From a virus, in the IMG/VR virus record IMGVR_UViG_3300040801_002721: a DNA stretch of 64,000 nt, one strand, 5' to 3'. A model generated the notes under the pieces. The model was not told where the DNA came from. It saw only the letters and a list, made by a program, of their open reading frames with translations, and made no database searches. A program made the position numbers and the translations under genes. Of the stretch, positions 27,822 to 38,252 are shown piece after piece (position 1 is the first letter of the stretch; each line of letters starts with the position of its first letter).

Positions 27822-29489
27822 ATGGCAGTAACGTATCAAAGAGCATTTACAACAACATGCCCTGGCGCTCTGATCGACGAGATCAACAACGACGGGACGA
27901 TATCGCCTGTCCTCGAGCAAATCACAAACGAGGGGGGGCCGGGCAACTCTACGTTCTATTTCACCTCTGCTCTAACAGGTGGTGAAGAAACAAACTTCGA
28001 TGCTGTGTTGGCTTCGTGGGTATGTCCAACTCCGCCCCAAGATTATGACGACTTCGACGCATTTTCCGACGACGTTCGCGGCTTTGGTATCTACGCTTAT
28101 GCTAAGACAGATGGCGACGGAACGCCCATATCAAGTAATGGTCTGATTGTTTCTCGTACAGGAACTGGCGTATACGAGTACACGTTTACGCAACCATTTG
28201 GATCGAGCGACTACGCTGTTGTTGGTAATCCAATTCTCACCGTAACAGATACTAACCTTCAAGTATCAAACGAAACTTCGACCGGCTTTACTATAACCAT
28301 CGGTCAAGGGGATAATGGAGGTACTGCTGATACACCAACGGACGAACTACATACTGTGGTTGTGTTTGGCGTAGACGGCCCAACAGGTCTTGGAAGTGCT
28401 TATCAATCCTGGCTTGCTGTTGGTAACGTAGGCACAGAGGAGGAGTTCCTTGACGATCTTCGCCCACCACCAACAGATCTTGTTGCTGTTCAGGCGCGAC
28501 GTACTACTGTTCTCAACGATATTCCACTATCGTGGATCGATGTAAACTTCGATACAACAGACTTTGAGAACGACGATACTATTATTGAACACGACGATAC
28601 GAACAGAGACCGCATTCTTATCAAAGAAGACGGCGTATATGAAATCTGGTATTCGCTGACAGTTGACGACGAAACGCAAGCACGTGTGCGAATAAACGAT
28701 AGTGCCATTGTTGCTGGTTCCGAACGTGAGAGCGGTGAAATTTTTGACGCCAATGATGTAGTCGTGTCGCTGAGTGTTAAGACTGTTACTTCTCTAGTGT
28801 CCGGCGATTTCCTAACGGTTCAAATTCAGTCTCGCACGACAGCGGAAAACTTGTTTACAAATGCTACCTTCTCTGTTACAAAACTTGAAGGCTCTCAGGG
28901 TCCTGCTGGACCGCCAGGCGCTGGTTCTTCCGTTGTTCTTGAGGATGAGGGGTCGACGGTTCCAGGTGGTCCACACGGAACACTGAACTTCGTTGGCGAT
29001 GGTGTCAACGTCACCAACGCCGGCAGCGGCGAAGCAACGATCAGCATCCCAGGGTTTGAGGGGAAGGAAATATTCTTCCATCACAACGGAACCACCACAC
29101 AAACACTCACCACAGGCTTTGTGACAGCACTGTTTAACTCAGCAGTACGAACGGATGGTGGGGCGTACTCGTACGCATCTGGAGAAGTGACGGTAACACA
29201 AACTGGTTGGTATGAAATTTCATACGACATAGGAGCTGAGTCAACAAACGGCGACCGTTCTACACTTGAAGCGGTTCTTCAGCGTAACGCAGTTAATGTA
29301 CCAGGTACATTTGCTTATTCATACCACCGAACGTCTGGCGAAGGTGACGATACAGCATCATGTACAGCAGTAGTAAATATCACGGCAAACGATGTGATTA
29401 GAGTGCGAATTCGCATTGAAGGCGGATCTGGTATCCAAACAAAATCTAATGCTTGTCGGTTGAACATTAGACGAGTAGATGGACCTTAA
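27822..29489 (+). CDS. Fibre/adhesin with C1q/BclA-like domains and a collagen motif
   Basis: GSQGPAGPPGAG plus EDEGSTVPGGPHGTLNFVG linker shared with 26417; ILIKEDGVYEIWY, TVTQTGWYEISY. Confidence 0.65.
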   Translation: MAVTYQRAFTTTCPGALIDEINNDGTISPVLEQITNEGGPGNSTFYFTSALTGGEETNFDAVLASWVCPTPPQDYDDFDAFSDDVRGFGIYAYAKTDGDGTPISSNGLIVSRTGTGVYEYTFTQPFGSSDYAVVGNPILTVTDTNLQVSNETSTGFTITIGQGDNGGTADTPTDELHTVVVFGVDGPTGLGSAYQSWLAVGNVGTEEEFLDDLRPPPTDLVAVQARRTTVLNDIPLSWIDVNFDTTDFENDDTIIEHDDTNRDRILIKEDGVYEIWYSLTVDDETQARVRINDSAIVAGSERESGEIFDANDVVVSLSVKTVTSLVSGDFLTVQIQSRTTAENLFTNATFSVTKLEGSQGPAGPPGAGSSVVLEDEGSTVPGGPHGTLNFVGDGVNVTNAGSGEATISIPGFEGKEIFFHHNGTTTQTLTTGFVTALFNSAVRTDGGAYSYASGEVTVTQTGWYEISYDIGAESTNGDRSTLEAVLQRNAVNVPGTFAYSYHRTSGEGDDTASCTAVVNITANDVIRVRIRIEGGSGIQTKSNACRLNIRRVDGP

Positions 29490-29500
29490 TAGAGCATAGT

Positions 29501-30298
29501 ATGGCAAACTACACAAGATCATTTACGACAGCGTGCCCAGCAGATTTGTTGGCCAGCATCAACGCTAACGATAACATCGGTCCAGCCGTACTCCAGATCG
29601 TAAACGTCGGTGGTGGAACATCAATCTTCGAATTCGACGGTGATCTAACTAGTAACGAAGTGACCGAGTTTGACGGCGTTCTTTCCAGCTGGACGTGCCC
29701 AACACCGGAACAAGATGTCGACGGAATGATCGTAACTGATGGGCCACCTGAAGAAGCAACGGACAACACCTTATGGTCATCACAACGAGTTGTTGAGTTT
29801 ATTAACGCTGAAATTGCTGCCGTTTCTGCAGGCGATCCAAACAACGTAAACGGTAAGACGTTTGGTGTTGGGTTCACACATAACTCAAGTTCTGTTTCTA
29901 ATGCTTGGCTTAGACAAGACACAAATGATAGCGGTATGTCATCGGATCGTACACCTTTTGTGCTACCATGGGCCTGTAAAATTATTTCTCTAACTTATGT
30001 TAATGCTGGTGCTCACGCAGACTGCGACATAGAGATCTGGACTGCTCCATATGGGCAAGACCCGTACTACAACAAGACCTGTGTTCACACGACCCACGTT
30101 CGGAATAGTCGGACGGTTGTCACTACAGACTTTGGCGGGACGGTTTCCTTCAGTCGGGGCGACACTGTAGCAGTTTATCTTGTTGACCAAGGATCAAACA
30201 GCAATCACCCAGTCGTTCAACTGACTTTCCTGATCACCGATAACACCATCGGTAATATCAGCGACAACTTCACCAACAACTTCTCATACGACGATTAA
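29501..30298 (+). CDS. Virion protein; N-terminus paralogous to 27822
   Basis: YTRSFTTACPADLLASIN versus YQRAFTTTCPGALIDEIN; both modules end in WxCPTP. Confidence 0.7.
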   Translation: MANYTRSFTTACPADLLASINANDNIGPAVLQIVNVGGGTSIFEFDGDLTSNEVTEFDGVLSSWTCPTPEQDVDGMIVTDGPPEEATDNTLWSSQRVVEFINAEIAAVSAGDPNNVNGKTFGVGFTHNSSSVSNAWLRQDTNDSGMSSDRTPFVLPWACKIISLTYVNAGAHADCDIEIWTAPYGQDPYYNKTCVHTTHVRNSRTVVTTDFGGTVSFSRGDTVAVYLVDQGSNSNHPVVQLTFLITDNTIGNISDNFTNNFSYDD

Positions 30299-30313
30299 CG
30301 GATAAATAACACA

Positions 30314-31345
30314 ATGGCAAGAGTAATCACAATAACAAACGTTTCTGGTCAAGAGAGAACATATGGTGGCCAGACGATCGCTGACACTGAAACGTACATC
30401 GTTGCAAACGAAACAGAACGACAAGCACTCAAACTAGACAGTTCTTTGTTTGGTGCTGTGTCTACAGGCGCCGTTTTGATTGGTGATGGTACGTCGACGT
30501 TTAGTGATCCAGTCAAGGGTTGGGAATGGCTCCAAGGCGCCATTACTGAAGTGCTGATCACACAGAACACGCCCGCTCTCGGTAACAAGGTAGCTGTACA
30601 CTCGTCACCAAAACCTGAACTCGAAGGAACAGAAACATTTGTTGTTTGGACTGGAGCAGGCGACGATCCTAACGCGACCGACGGCTGTGGCCTCGGTGAA
30701 GGAGACCTGCTAAACTTCCTGATGACGATTGGTATACCTGAAGTGACAAAGGATGTTATCTGGAACCAAGCTGCTTTTGGCCGCGTGTGGATTCACGAAG
30801 CATACCTGAAATTCACTAATGGTGGTAACGGCGATTACATCACTGCGTACGTGATGTCTAAACCCTCAAACATTCTTGACGCAGCTACAGTAGCTGCACT
30901 AGAGGGTGCTGGGCAACTGCCTCTAGGCGCTGTAAGTCTGGATCTGGTACAGCACGAGGAAGACGAAACTAGATTTAAGATGGCTCCAGATGGGCCAGGA
31001 ACTGGCACACATGGTTTTGGTGGTACGCCTGTTCTCGTACCCCACACGTTCACAAAGAACGGCGACTGGGATTTTGATGGCACCAATCTCCTACCTAATC
31101 TCACCGGAACGGGCTCGTTTACAATCCACAACGTTGAGAAAATCTGCCATAAGTATGTGAACAAGGTACCTTGTTTCGGCACTTGTGCCACATACTTTAT
31201 GATGTCATCCGACGAGACTGCTGAGATTCGCGACGGGTATTTCGCACGAATTACGTGCTACAACAAATCCAACACGAACTGGCAAGCCTCTGTATTGATG
31301 GAGATCTACCGAGAACAAACTGTCTCTCACGAATGCGACGGCTGA
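30314..31345 (+). CDS. Hypothetical virion protein
   Basis: 343 aa inside the fibre cluster; GATAAATA ends 5 nt before the ATG. Confidence 0.7.
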   Translation: MARVITITNVSGQERTYGGQTIADTETYIVANETERQALKLDSSLFGAVSTGAVLIGDGTSTFSDPVKGWEWLQGAITEVLITQNTPALGNKVAVHSSPKPELEGTETFVVWTGAGDDPNATDGCGLGEGDLLNFLMTIGIPEVTKDVIWNQAAFGRVWIHEAYLKFTNGGNGDYITAYVMSKPSNILDAATVAALEGAGQLPLGAVSLDLVQHEEDETRFKMAPDGPGTGTHGFGGTPVLVPHTFTKNGDWDFDGTNLLPNLTGTGSFTIHNVEKICHKYVNKVPCFGTCATYFMMSSDETAEIRDGYFARITCYNKSNTNWQASVLMEIYREQTVSHECDG

Positions 31346-31382
31346 TAAATACAAGTCATAACGTGTTTGCGAGAGGTCATAC

Positions 31383-34300
31383 ATGAAACTCAACTTCCGT
31401 CAAGGAATTGTTAGCTATCCGCTCCCTGGTAACCCACCAGGTTTCTTGCAGATAAATGCTAATCAAATCGACTTGAGCACAACGAACGGTCCAGTGACCG
31501 TCACATTTGCTCATAAAGATACGGACTACATCTTCTCTGAAGGTGAAAACATCCCACAAGCATGGGGGCCGTTCCCGCCTGCTCAGTCCTATCCAGTTTG
31601 GTTGTATTGGGACATCGATCGTGAAACCGGTCAGCGCACGTTCGGTTACACAGAACTTGAACCAGTCAAAGGTCCACAGGCTCCTAGCAGCCCCGCCGAC
31701 GATCAACATTGGTTCAACACTAATACCACAACACACTTCGTATACCAGAGCGGCGCGTGGAGAGAAGTTATTCGCGTATTCGCCGCTAAGTACGAAGGTG
31801 GGAGTGTCCCACTCACAGCTCTTGGTAGCAATAACCAGCTACCGTTCGCGGGCTCGCAAGTTGGGATCATAAGCGGCACATATTTTGCTGGTACGATACT
31901 ATTTGAGGAATCTGGCGAACCGGTTGTCCGTCCATCTAACGGAACATTCTTCACCACCGAAACTGGTTTCTTTAGTGGTTCTACACGCGTAAACGGCATT
32001 CGTCTCGAAAGCGATTTCCTCACAGGCACGCTGGGTCAAAACGCTGCGGCATACTCGGTTGTTAAATTCGACTCTTCCAACCGTCTGCTGCTAGCAGAGT
32101 ATAACGACTCCGAAAACTCCGCTGTCGCAATAGCAACGCAGCAGGGTCTAACGAACGATGTGATCAACATCGTCGCACAAGGTATCATTGTTAATGAGCA
32201 GTGGAATTGGGGAAATACGGGTGCTGCGCTATACATCAGCACTAATGGCGAGCTAACCGAAAACGATCCTCATATCACCAATCCAGGAACCTTCCCTGTT
32301 GCACGCGTACCAGTAGCGCGAGTAATTGGCCCTAAGACAATCATCTTCCAGCAAGGCTTGGGTGGTGTTGGTCCGACGGGTCCGGCCGGTAGTGTTGACA
32401 ACCTTCCGCTAGCATCGAGCACCCTGCCTGCTGGCGTTACGCTACTTGACGTTGACCCAGCCATCTCTACACTACCCATTGCGGTAGGCGTCAACAGTCC
32501 TCTGCTCGCGGGTGCACCATTTGCTCCGCTATCCCACGTAACGGACACAGAAGCACACGCCGCCGAAGACATCACAGTAACGCCAGCCGGTAACATCTCT
32601 TCAGGTGACGTGCAAGCGGCGCTAGAAGAGCTTGATACACTTATCCAAAGCATCATTGCTGGCTTCGATCCAAAGGAATCTGTACGAGCTGGTACCGACG
32701 GTCCACTAGCTACAGGAACGTACGTTCCTACAGGTGGCACAGGACTAACAGGCGCGTTTACGGGTGCACCTACGGTAATCGATGGTGTGACACTGGCTGT
32801 TGGCGATCGTGTGCTGGTCAAGGATCAAGCCGACCCACTACAGAATGGCATCTACGTTGTAGTTAATACCCTTACGGGAACGTGGGAACGAGCAGCTGAC
32901 CAGAACGGCACTCCAGAAGCAGAAGTGTCAGCTGGCAACTTCACGGTTGTTGAGCAAGGTACGGTCAACACAAACGTCGGCTGGATTCTGTCGGGCGATG
33001 GAATAATCGAATTAAACACCGATCCGCTAGTATGGGTTCGTTTCTCCGGCGGTGTACCACTATCGCACCTAACTGATCCTAATGCCCACGATGCTGTTAA
33101 CATCACAAACACACCTGCCACGTCGACAGTGTTTGGCACACCAACAAGTGCGGCAAACATCATCGCCACAACCACACAAGGTGCAGTAGACGAACTACTT
33201 GATGAGAAGGCACAGAACACGCCAACATACACAGCGTTTGGCGATCTGCCTAATCCGACGACAGTTAGCGGAATGTATGCGTTCGTCTCAGGCGACAACA
33301 AGCACTATGTTTCCGATGGTGTTGACTGGATTGGTATCGTTCGTGAGGACTCAAACCTCGCGTATGATATCCCATTCTTTGTTGGTGGTGATCCAGTAAC
33401 AGTTGCTGACGAGGTCGTCGGTTCGTTCTTAGCAACCCGCACAGTAAACGTCCCAGCAGGAGCACCTGGTTCACAGGCAACCACGATTACACCTCCAGCT
33501 GCCGACACAACATATAGACTCGTGCAAATCTCAGCACCAGGATCGGGCGTCCCAGACTACGAAGTCGGCACAGTTACCTTCTTGGCCGGTGAGAACGTAG
33601 GCACATTTACAGTAGGAGACAACTTTGGTCTTATCGCAGGAGAGCAGTTGCACCTTGTAACTGACAATCCAGCAGACACGGCCATTGCTGGCGTAGCAAT
33701 CAACATTGTTGGTTGTGCACCGCTTGACATTTGTATACCAACGGTGCCAGTCCGCCCCCCGGTAGCGGGCCCTGAGCTACTGATCTTCGGCTACTCGTAT
33801 GATGCTGTTCGGTCAACAGGTGGAGGATTCGAGTTCGTTTCAACGTCTGGTTACCTACCAGATGCTTATGGACTATCAGAAGACTTCCTCACCGGCACAC
33901 CAGCACCGAATACACTAGCCGACGTTATCGCTCAGGGCGTTGACCCAATCACATCTATCACACTTCGTGCGACGCACTACCACACAGCACCTACTCTTTC
34001 CACTCAGGTCGAAAGAGAAACGCCACCCGATTACCCATCGAGCGACTGGTATGAACTTGGTTCCGGGCCAAAGCCAAACTTTGTAGCGGTAATGGCCTAC
34101 AACGGAACGCCACAGACTTATCCAACTTCGTCAACACCTCTTGACATTACAAGTCTAACTGGTTCCTTCCAGTATCTCACAGGAATCGACGGCGGTGGTC
34201 CGATTGCTCCCGAATCAGAGTGGATTCGTTGTGAAATCGTTGCATCCAACGTACTAGGCGGTACGACAACCAAGGCACTATACCTACGTAGTGGAGCTGA

Positions 34301-37300
34301 GCAGGCAGCCAACTCAACAGATCGTCTACTGTCGATTGACGGTTGGGTTGATCAGCACGGCGCACCAACAACAGCGCTTGCACGTAACGCTGGTGACTAC
34401 GATCCAAACGACTTGTATGCTTACGACAGACTGCCAGCAGCTGTCAAGCTATCATATGACGAAGAAACAGTTGGTGCATCTGGTGTAAACGCAACACGAA
34501 TTCGCATTGTCGAAAAGAACACAACTGTCACAACAGACGGCACTCCACCTCCTACGTCAGGTTGGGTTGTCTTTGGCAACACCACAGCTGAGACGGATGG
34601 GTTGGTTGTTGGCGTAACAGGACAGAATCTCGGTGCATCCGCTGATGTTGACAACACAGTAGTTCTCGGTGGTGGTACAGGTCGCGTGGAGCACATTCTT
34701 CGTGCTAAACTAACCGATCTCGATCTCGCCCACCTATTCGCTGAGGCACCAGGATCAACACCAGGTGCGTGGTACCGACTACAGGTCACAGCCGAAGATA
34801 ACACAACCGGCACACCTGGTGTGGTATCAAACACAGTGGTTGTTGCTGTTCGTGTCGGCTCGCCGCCTGTCGGAGCACCAGTGGTTACGATCAACGGTCC
34901 TGTTGACCAGTCTGGCCTTGGTGGTGCAGGTGCATTCGACAATCTCCGTGATGCTGTGTCGATATCGAACGCAGTCGGAGACTACAGCCTCCGATTCGTT
35001 GCAGTCGAATATAACGACACACAAACAGGGCCAGGCGCTCCACCGGTTGCAGGCTGGCAGCCACTAACAATGCCTGATCCGTTTACACTCGCTGGTGGTG
35101 ATACAGAAGCGCTTGTTTGGAACGATGATGGTTACTATGCTCTGGCTAGTGCTGAAACAGTACCAACTAACAGACCTTCGTTTGGTACAGGCGTAGAGAT
35201 ACCTCTACCGCTACCTAATACCAACACATTCCTTGCCCGCCCAGTTGGCGCAACAGAGGGCGGTTGGTTCCGCTACGCTGTGACGGCAACGAACAGCTTG
35301 GGAACATCTGAACCGGCTCTACTAGCAGTTCGTGATACGGGTATTCCAGCGGTTGTAGTGTTTAACATCACTGGATTCATGCACCGCGATTTGCAGGGCG
35401 CAACCGATTCAGCCAACCTGCAATCAAACCCAGGTACGTTTGAATTTAATGAAATCCATAGCACAGGTTCCGCAGGCTCGCACAACTACTCCGTTGTAGC
35501 AACACATTATGCTGAGGAATCGTCAGCACGTAACTTTACGCCTCCATCATACCCAACAGATCCCACGACGACGTGGCACGCTATCGGTACAGGACCATTG
35601 AGTGCCGATACAGTAACGGTTTCGTATGGCGCATCGTCGGCGACGTTCCCAACCGATCCGCCTCTAGCAATCTTCTCGCCATTCGGACCTGCTCCGACTC
35701 TTGAGTTCGATCATGGGTTCTTCAACCCAGGTCGATACGTCTGGTGGCGCTATGAAATCACTGTGGATTACGGCACTGGTCCAGCAACACTGCCACTGTA
35801 TGTGAAGATGGCAGAGAACAACGTGGAGCAGGCACAGCCGCATCTAGTTGTTAACGGATATATCGATCAAACGTTAGGACCAGTCACATGTGACGTTCGT
35901 TACGGTGGTGGTGAGTTCGATCCAACGCAGCTTCGCGGTTACGATTCTATCGCCGACGCTCTCGTTGCTCAAAGATACGAAGTCGGTTCAGCCAAACACG
36001 TCCAAGTTGAGATTCTTGAAAAGAACCTCACAGCCACTGCACCGGGCGATCCACCGCCAACCACTGGGTGGGTGCCTTTTGGTGGTCCGGGCGAAACGGA
36101 CGGTTTGATCATCGGCGCTGGTTACGGAGCAGGCAATCACCCAGCGAACGTAACGATTTTCGACACACAGTACGCCGGGAGCACAGGCAATGGTTCTATC
36201 GCTATTCATGGACCACCCGAGTTCTCGACAAATGATCAGAACTATCCTCTGATCGCTGATCCGCGTGGTGATAATCTGGTAGACAACCCTGCCGCCTTTG
36301 ACGAAACGTCGACACGTAGATATCAGGAGACGAACTACTTTATTGAGTATCCAGGCTCTACGCCGGGGGCGTGGTATCGTGTACGTTTCACACCTGTCAC
36401 ATGGGACGGTACATCACCAGATCCATCACCGGCTAATGATCCAGTAATTCTCGATGTTAAGGCTGGTCCGGCGTCGAACGCGCCTGTGATCACTGTCAAC
36501 GGTCCATTCGATCCTGACGGCACGGGCGGTCCAGGATCGTTCACACAAATTGAGAACGCTTTGAGTGTTGACGCAAACTGCGCGCCATTCCAACTCAAGC
36601 TGACACCAGTACAATACAACTTTACCTCGGTCGGAGACGGTCCGCCTCCGACAACTGGTTGGACGTTGATTCCTTCGTCCGAAACAGATGAAGGACATGA
36701 ATGGGTTGTTGGCGGCGGCAAGTCGGGAGCTGCGATGACGTTCCCAGCTGGCGGTTCGTCGAACGATCAGCCTGGTACAGGTACTCTATCGCTCCATCGC
36801 ACAGGCGAGTCAGCTATCGGTGGTACCGACCTTGACGAAGTAATCTTCCGTGATAGGTTGGCTACAGGCAATCCAACACCGGGTGTGTGGTATCGTTATC
36901 TCGTGACAGCTATATCGGACTCATCACCAGAACCGATTGGCGCTTCCGGTTCGGCAGCGTTTATTGAACTACGTGATGGCGCTGATCCGGCTGCGACAGC
37001 TCCGCTGCTCACACCTACAACTGCGAACGTCTACATTAACCAAGGTCAAGCACCAGACGGCGGCGATCGTGTGCAGTTTATTAGTCAAGCGTTCACTGTG
37101 GATCCGTCGGTCAGAAGCATTAGCTATACGCTGATCGGATGGCAGGGACCGGTAGACACGGAATCAGGTCCACCACCAACGTCCGGGTACAACACATCGT
37201 TTACCGCCGCGCAAGCAGCATTCTTTAACCGCTTGAACTACGCGGCGCCGTTCGGCACGACGTGGGATACTGTGACCCCAGGCGTTCCTGTGCTCAACCC

Positions 37301-37490
37301 TACATGGGATTCTTCATCGACAAGCATAGCAACGGCGCTCCCTGGACCATCGCAGCCGGCGTTCTTCGCGTACACGAGTAATCCAGCATCCGGAACTGGT
37401 TATTGGTACGAAATGGAGCTCACGGTGTCCGATGGTGGAGCGAACACCGAGGTTGTAACGATCTATATGTCTCCGGGTAATATCCCCTGA
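31383..37490 (+). CDS. Giant (2035 aa) fibre/structural protein with an internally duplicated multi-domain C-terminal region
   Basis: Late promoter at 31344-51, SD GAGAGGT; shares the DPKESVR/VGDRVLVKDQ module with 23505; repeated PPTxGW and PGxWYR motifs. Confidence 0.8.
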   Translation: MKLNFRQGIVSYPLPGNPPGFLQINANQIDLSTTNGPVTVTFAHKDTDYIFSEGENIPQAWGPFPPAQSYPVWLYWDIDRETGQRTFGYTELEPVKGPQAPSSPADDQHWFNTNTTTHFVYQSGAWREVIRVFAAKYEGGSVPLTALGSNNQLPFAGSQVGIISGTYFAGTILFEESGEPVVRPSNGTFFTTETGFFSGSTRVNGIRLESDFLTGTLGQNAAAYSVVKFDSSNRLLLAEYNDSENSAVAIATQQGLTNDVINIVAQGIIVNEQWNWGNTGAALYISTNGELTENDPHITNPGTFPVARVPVARVIGPKTIIFQQGLGGVGPTGPAGSVDNLPLASSTLPAGVTLLDVDPAISTLPIAVGVNSPLLAGAPFAPLSHVTDTEAHAAEDITVTPAGNISSGDVQAALEELDTLIQSIIAGFDPKESVRAGTDGPLATGTYVPTGGTGLTGAFTGAPTVIDGVTLAVGDRVLVKDQADPLQNGIYVVVNTLTGTWERAADQNGTPEAEVSAGNFTVVEQGTVNTNVGWILSGDGIIELNTDPLVWVRFSGGVPLSHLTDPNAHDAVNITNTPATSTVFGTPTSAANIIATTTQGAVDELLDEKAQNTPTYTAFGDLPNPTTVSGMYAFVSGDNKHYVSDGVDWIGIVREDSNLAYDIPFFVGGDPVTVADEVVGSFLATRTVNVPAGAPGSQATTITPPAADTTYRLVQISAPGSGVPDYEVGTVTFLAGENVGTFTVGDNFGLIAGEQLHLVTDNPADTAIAGVAINIVGCAPLDICIPTVPVRPPVAGPELLIFGYSYDAVRSTGGGFEFVSTSGYLPDAYGLSEDFLTGTPAPNTLADVIAQGVDPITSITLRATHYHTAPTLSTQVERETPPDYPSSDWYELGSGPKPNFVAVMAYNGTPQTYPTSSTPLDITSLTGSFQYLTGIDGGGPIAPESEWIRCEIVASNVLGGTTTKALYLRSGAEQAANSTDRLLSIDGWVDQHGAPTTALARNAGDYDPNDLYAYDRLPAAVKLSYDEETVGASGVNATRIRIVEKNTTVTTDGTPPPTSGWVVFGNTTAETDGLVVGVTGQNLGASADVDNTVVLGGGTGRVEHILRAKLTDLDLAHLFAEAPGSTPGAWYRLQVTAEDNTTGTPGVVSNTVVVAVRVGSPPVGAPVVTINGPVDQSGLGGAGAFDNLRDAVSISNAVGDYSLRFVAVEYNDTQTGPGAPPVAGWQPLTMPDPFTLAGGDTEALVWNDDGYYALASAETVPTNRPSFGTGVEIPLPLPNTNTFLARPVGATEGGWFRYAVTATNSLGTSEPALLAVRDTGIPAVVVFNITGFMHRDLQGATDSANLQSNPGTFEFNEIHSTGSAGSHNYSVVATHYAEESSARNFTPPSYPTDPTTTWHAIGTGPLSADTVTVSYGASSATFPTDPPLAIFSPFGPAPTLEFDHGFFNPGRYVWWRYEITVDYGTGPATLPLYVKMAENNVEQAQPHLVVNGYIDQTLGPVTCDVRYGGGEFDPTQLRGYDSIADALVAQRYEVGSAKHVQVEILEKNLTATAPGDPPPTTGWVPFGGPGETDGLIIGAGYGAGNHPANVTIFDTQYAGSTGNGSIAIHGPPEFSTNDQNYPLIADPRGDNLVDNPAAFDETSTRRYQETNYFIEYPGSTPGAWYRVRFTPVTWDGTSPDPSPANDPVILDVKAGPASNAPVITVNGPFDPDGTGGPGSFTQIENALSVDANCAPFQLKLTPVQYNFTSVGDGPPPTTGWTLIPSSETDEGHEWVVGGGKSGAAMTFPAGGSSNDQPGTGTLSLHRTGESAIGGTDLDEVIFRDRLATGNPTPGVWYRYLVTAISDSSPEPIGASGSAAFIELRDGADPAATAPLLTPTTANVYINQGQAPDGGDRVQFISQAFTVDPSVRSISYTLIGWQGPVDTESGPPPTSGYNTSFTAAQAAFFNRLNYAAPFGTTWDTVTPGVPVLNPTWDSSSTSIATALPGPSQPAFFAYTSNPASGTGYWYEMELTVSDGGANTEVVTIYMSPGNIP

Positions 37491-37498
37491 GTAAGCAA

Positions 37499-38050
37499 TT
37501 AACCTAGCTCGGCGGCGACGTCGGCTAGGTTGGCTTTCAGAAACGGATCGTAACGCTCTGCGAGGTATTTGTGTGACAAGCTCTTACGCTCACCCATGTC
37601 AATCTTGACGAGCTCGATGCCCGCAGCGGCGTACGCCTCTACCCAGTGCATACCCTGTTGCTGGAACTTGCTAAGTCGGTTGTTCTCTTCGCTCGTCGTG
37701 CGATGAACCTGACGATGGAAATTGAGGTGTTCCCGGAACTCCTCAAACGTGGGAGCACCACCTCTACGGTACGCGAAGAAGTCTAGGATGTCTCTACCCG
37801 ACCGGAGACGTGAGCGGAAGTGTTCGTAACACCCTCTATACACCTTACCATTCTCGAGGCACCTCAATAGGAGGTTAGCGGACATATACCCAGTCCAAAT
37901 TGGAGCCATATCCCAAATCACATGACCGATGTTACGTGCTTTCACGGTCTTCGTGTCTTCGCATCCGTACATATAGTCACGTATCCACCACTCATAGTGG
38001 CTGAGATTCTTGTACATATCGCGCATTGCAATTTCGGTGCGGTCGACCAT
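37499..38050 (-). CDS. Hypothetical protein, possible HNH-like nuclease (start revised to ATG 38050)
   Basis: SD GGAGGG before ATG 38050; YEH...VHRTTSEENNRL resembles beta-beta-alpha-metal motif spacing. Confidence 0.45.
   Translation of the reverse strand: MVDRTEIAMRDMYKNLSHYEWWIRDYMYGCEDTKTVKARNIGHVIWDMAPIWTGYMSANLLLRCLENGKVYRGCYEHFRSRLRSGRDILDFFAYRRGGAPTFEEFREHLNFHRQVHRTTSEENNRLSKFQQQGMHWVEAYAAAGIELVKIDMGERKSLSHKYLAERYDPFLKANLADVAAELG
37501..37531. terminator. Hairpin between convergent genes
   Basis: AACCTAGC...GCTAGGTT stem with an inner GCGA-looped hairpin. Confidence 0.55.
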
Positions 38051-38136
38051 GTCTTGCCCTCCGGTCAAAGTCCGCGTACAGTCTACCCTCTCCACCCACA
38101 AGTCAACATTTTTTTGGCGACTAGGTAAAGGTTGAG

Positions 38137-38252
38137 CATAAATACCTATGTTGAGAACGTTGTCCTCAACATAGAACGGAAGTAAATTAGAACTGAACAA
38201 TCTCCTCCAAAAGAAGAGAACAACTAAAAGAAGAGAACAAAAGGAGGCCACA
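38137..38252 (+). promoter_or_regulatory. gp32 leader: late promoter, 10-bp hairpin, A-rich direct repeats
   Basis: CATAAATA 38137-44; CTATGTTGAG/CTCAACATAG 38146-74; AAAAGAAGAGAACAA twice (38209-23, 38226-40); SD AAGGAGG. Confidence 0.65.

Noticed and set aside
38080-38114. Minus-strand TTGACT...TAGACT promoter with an upstream A-tract for the 38050 gene
   Set aside because: The spacer is only 15 nt, so it was not called
38148-38174. 8-codon uORF (MLRTLSST) in the gp32 leader
   Set aside because: Its ATG and TAG are forced by the two arms of the hairpin; no SD and only 3 nt from the promoter box
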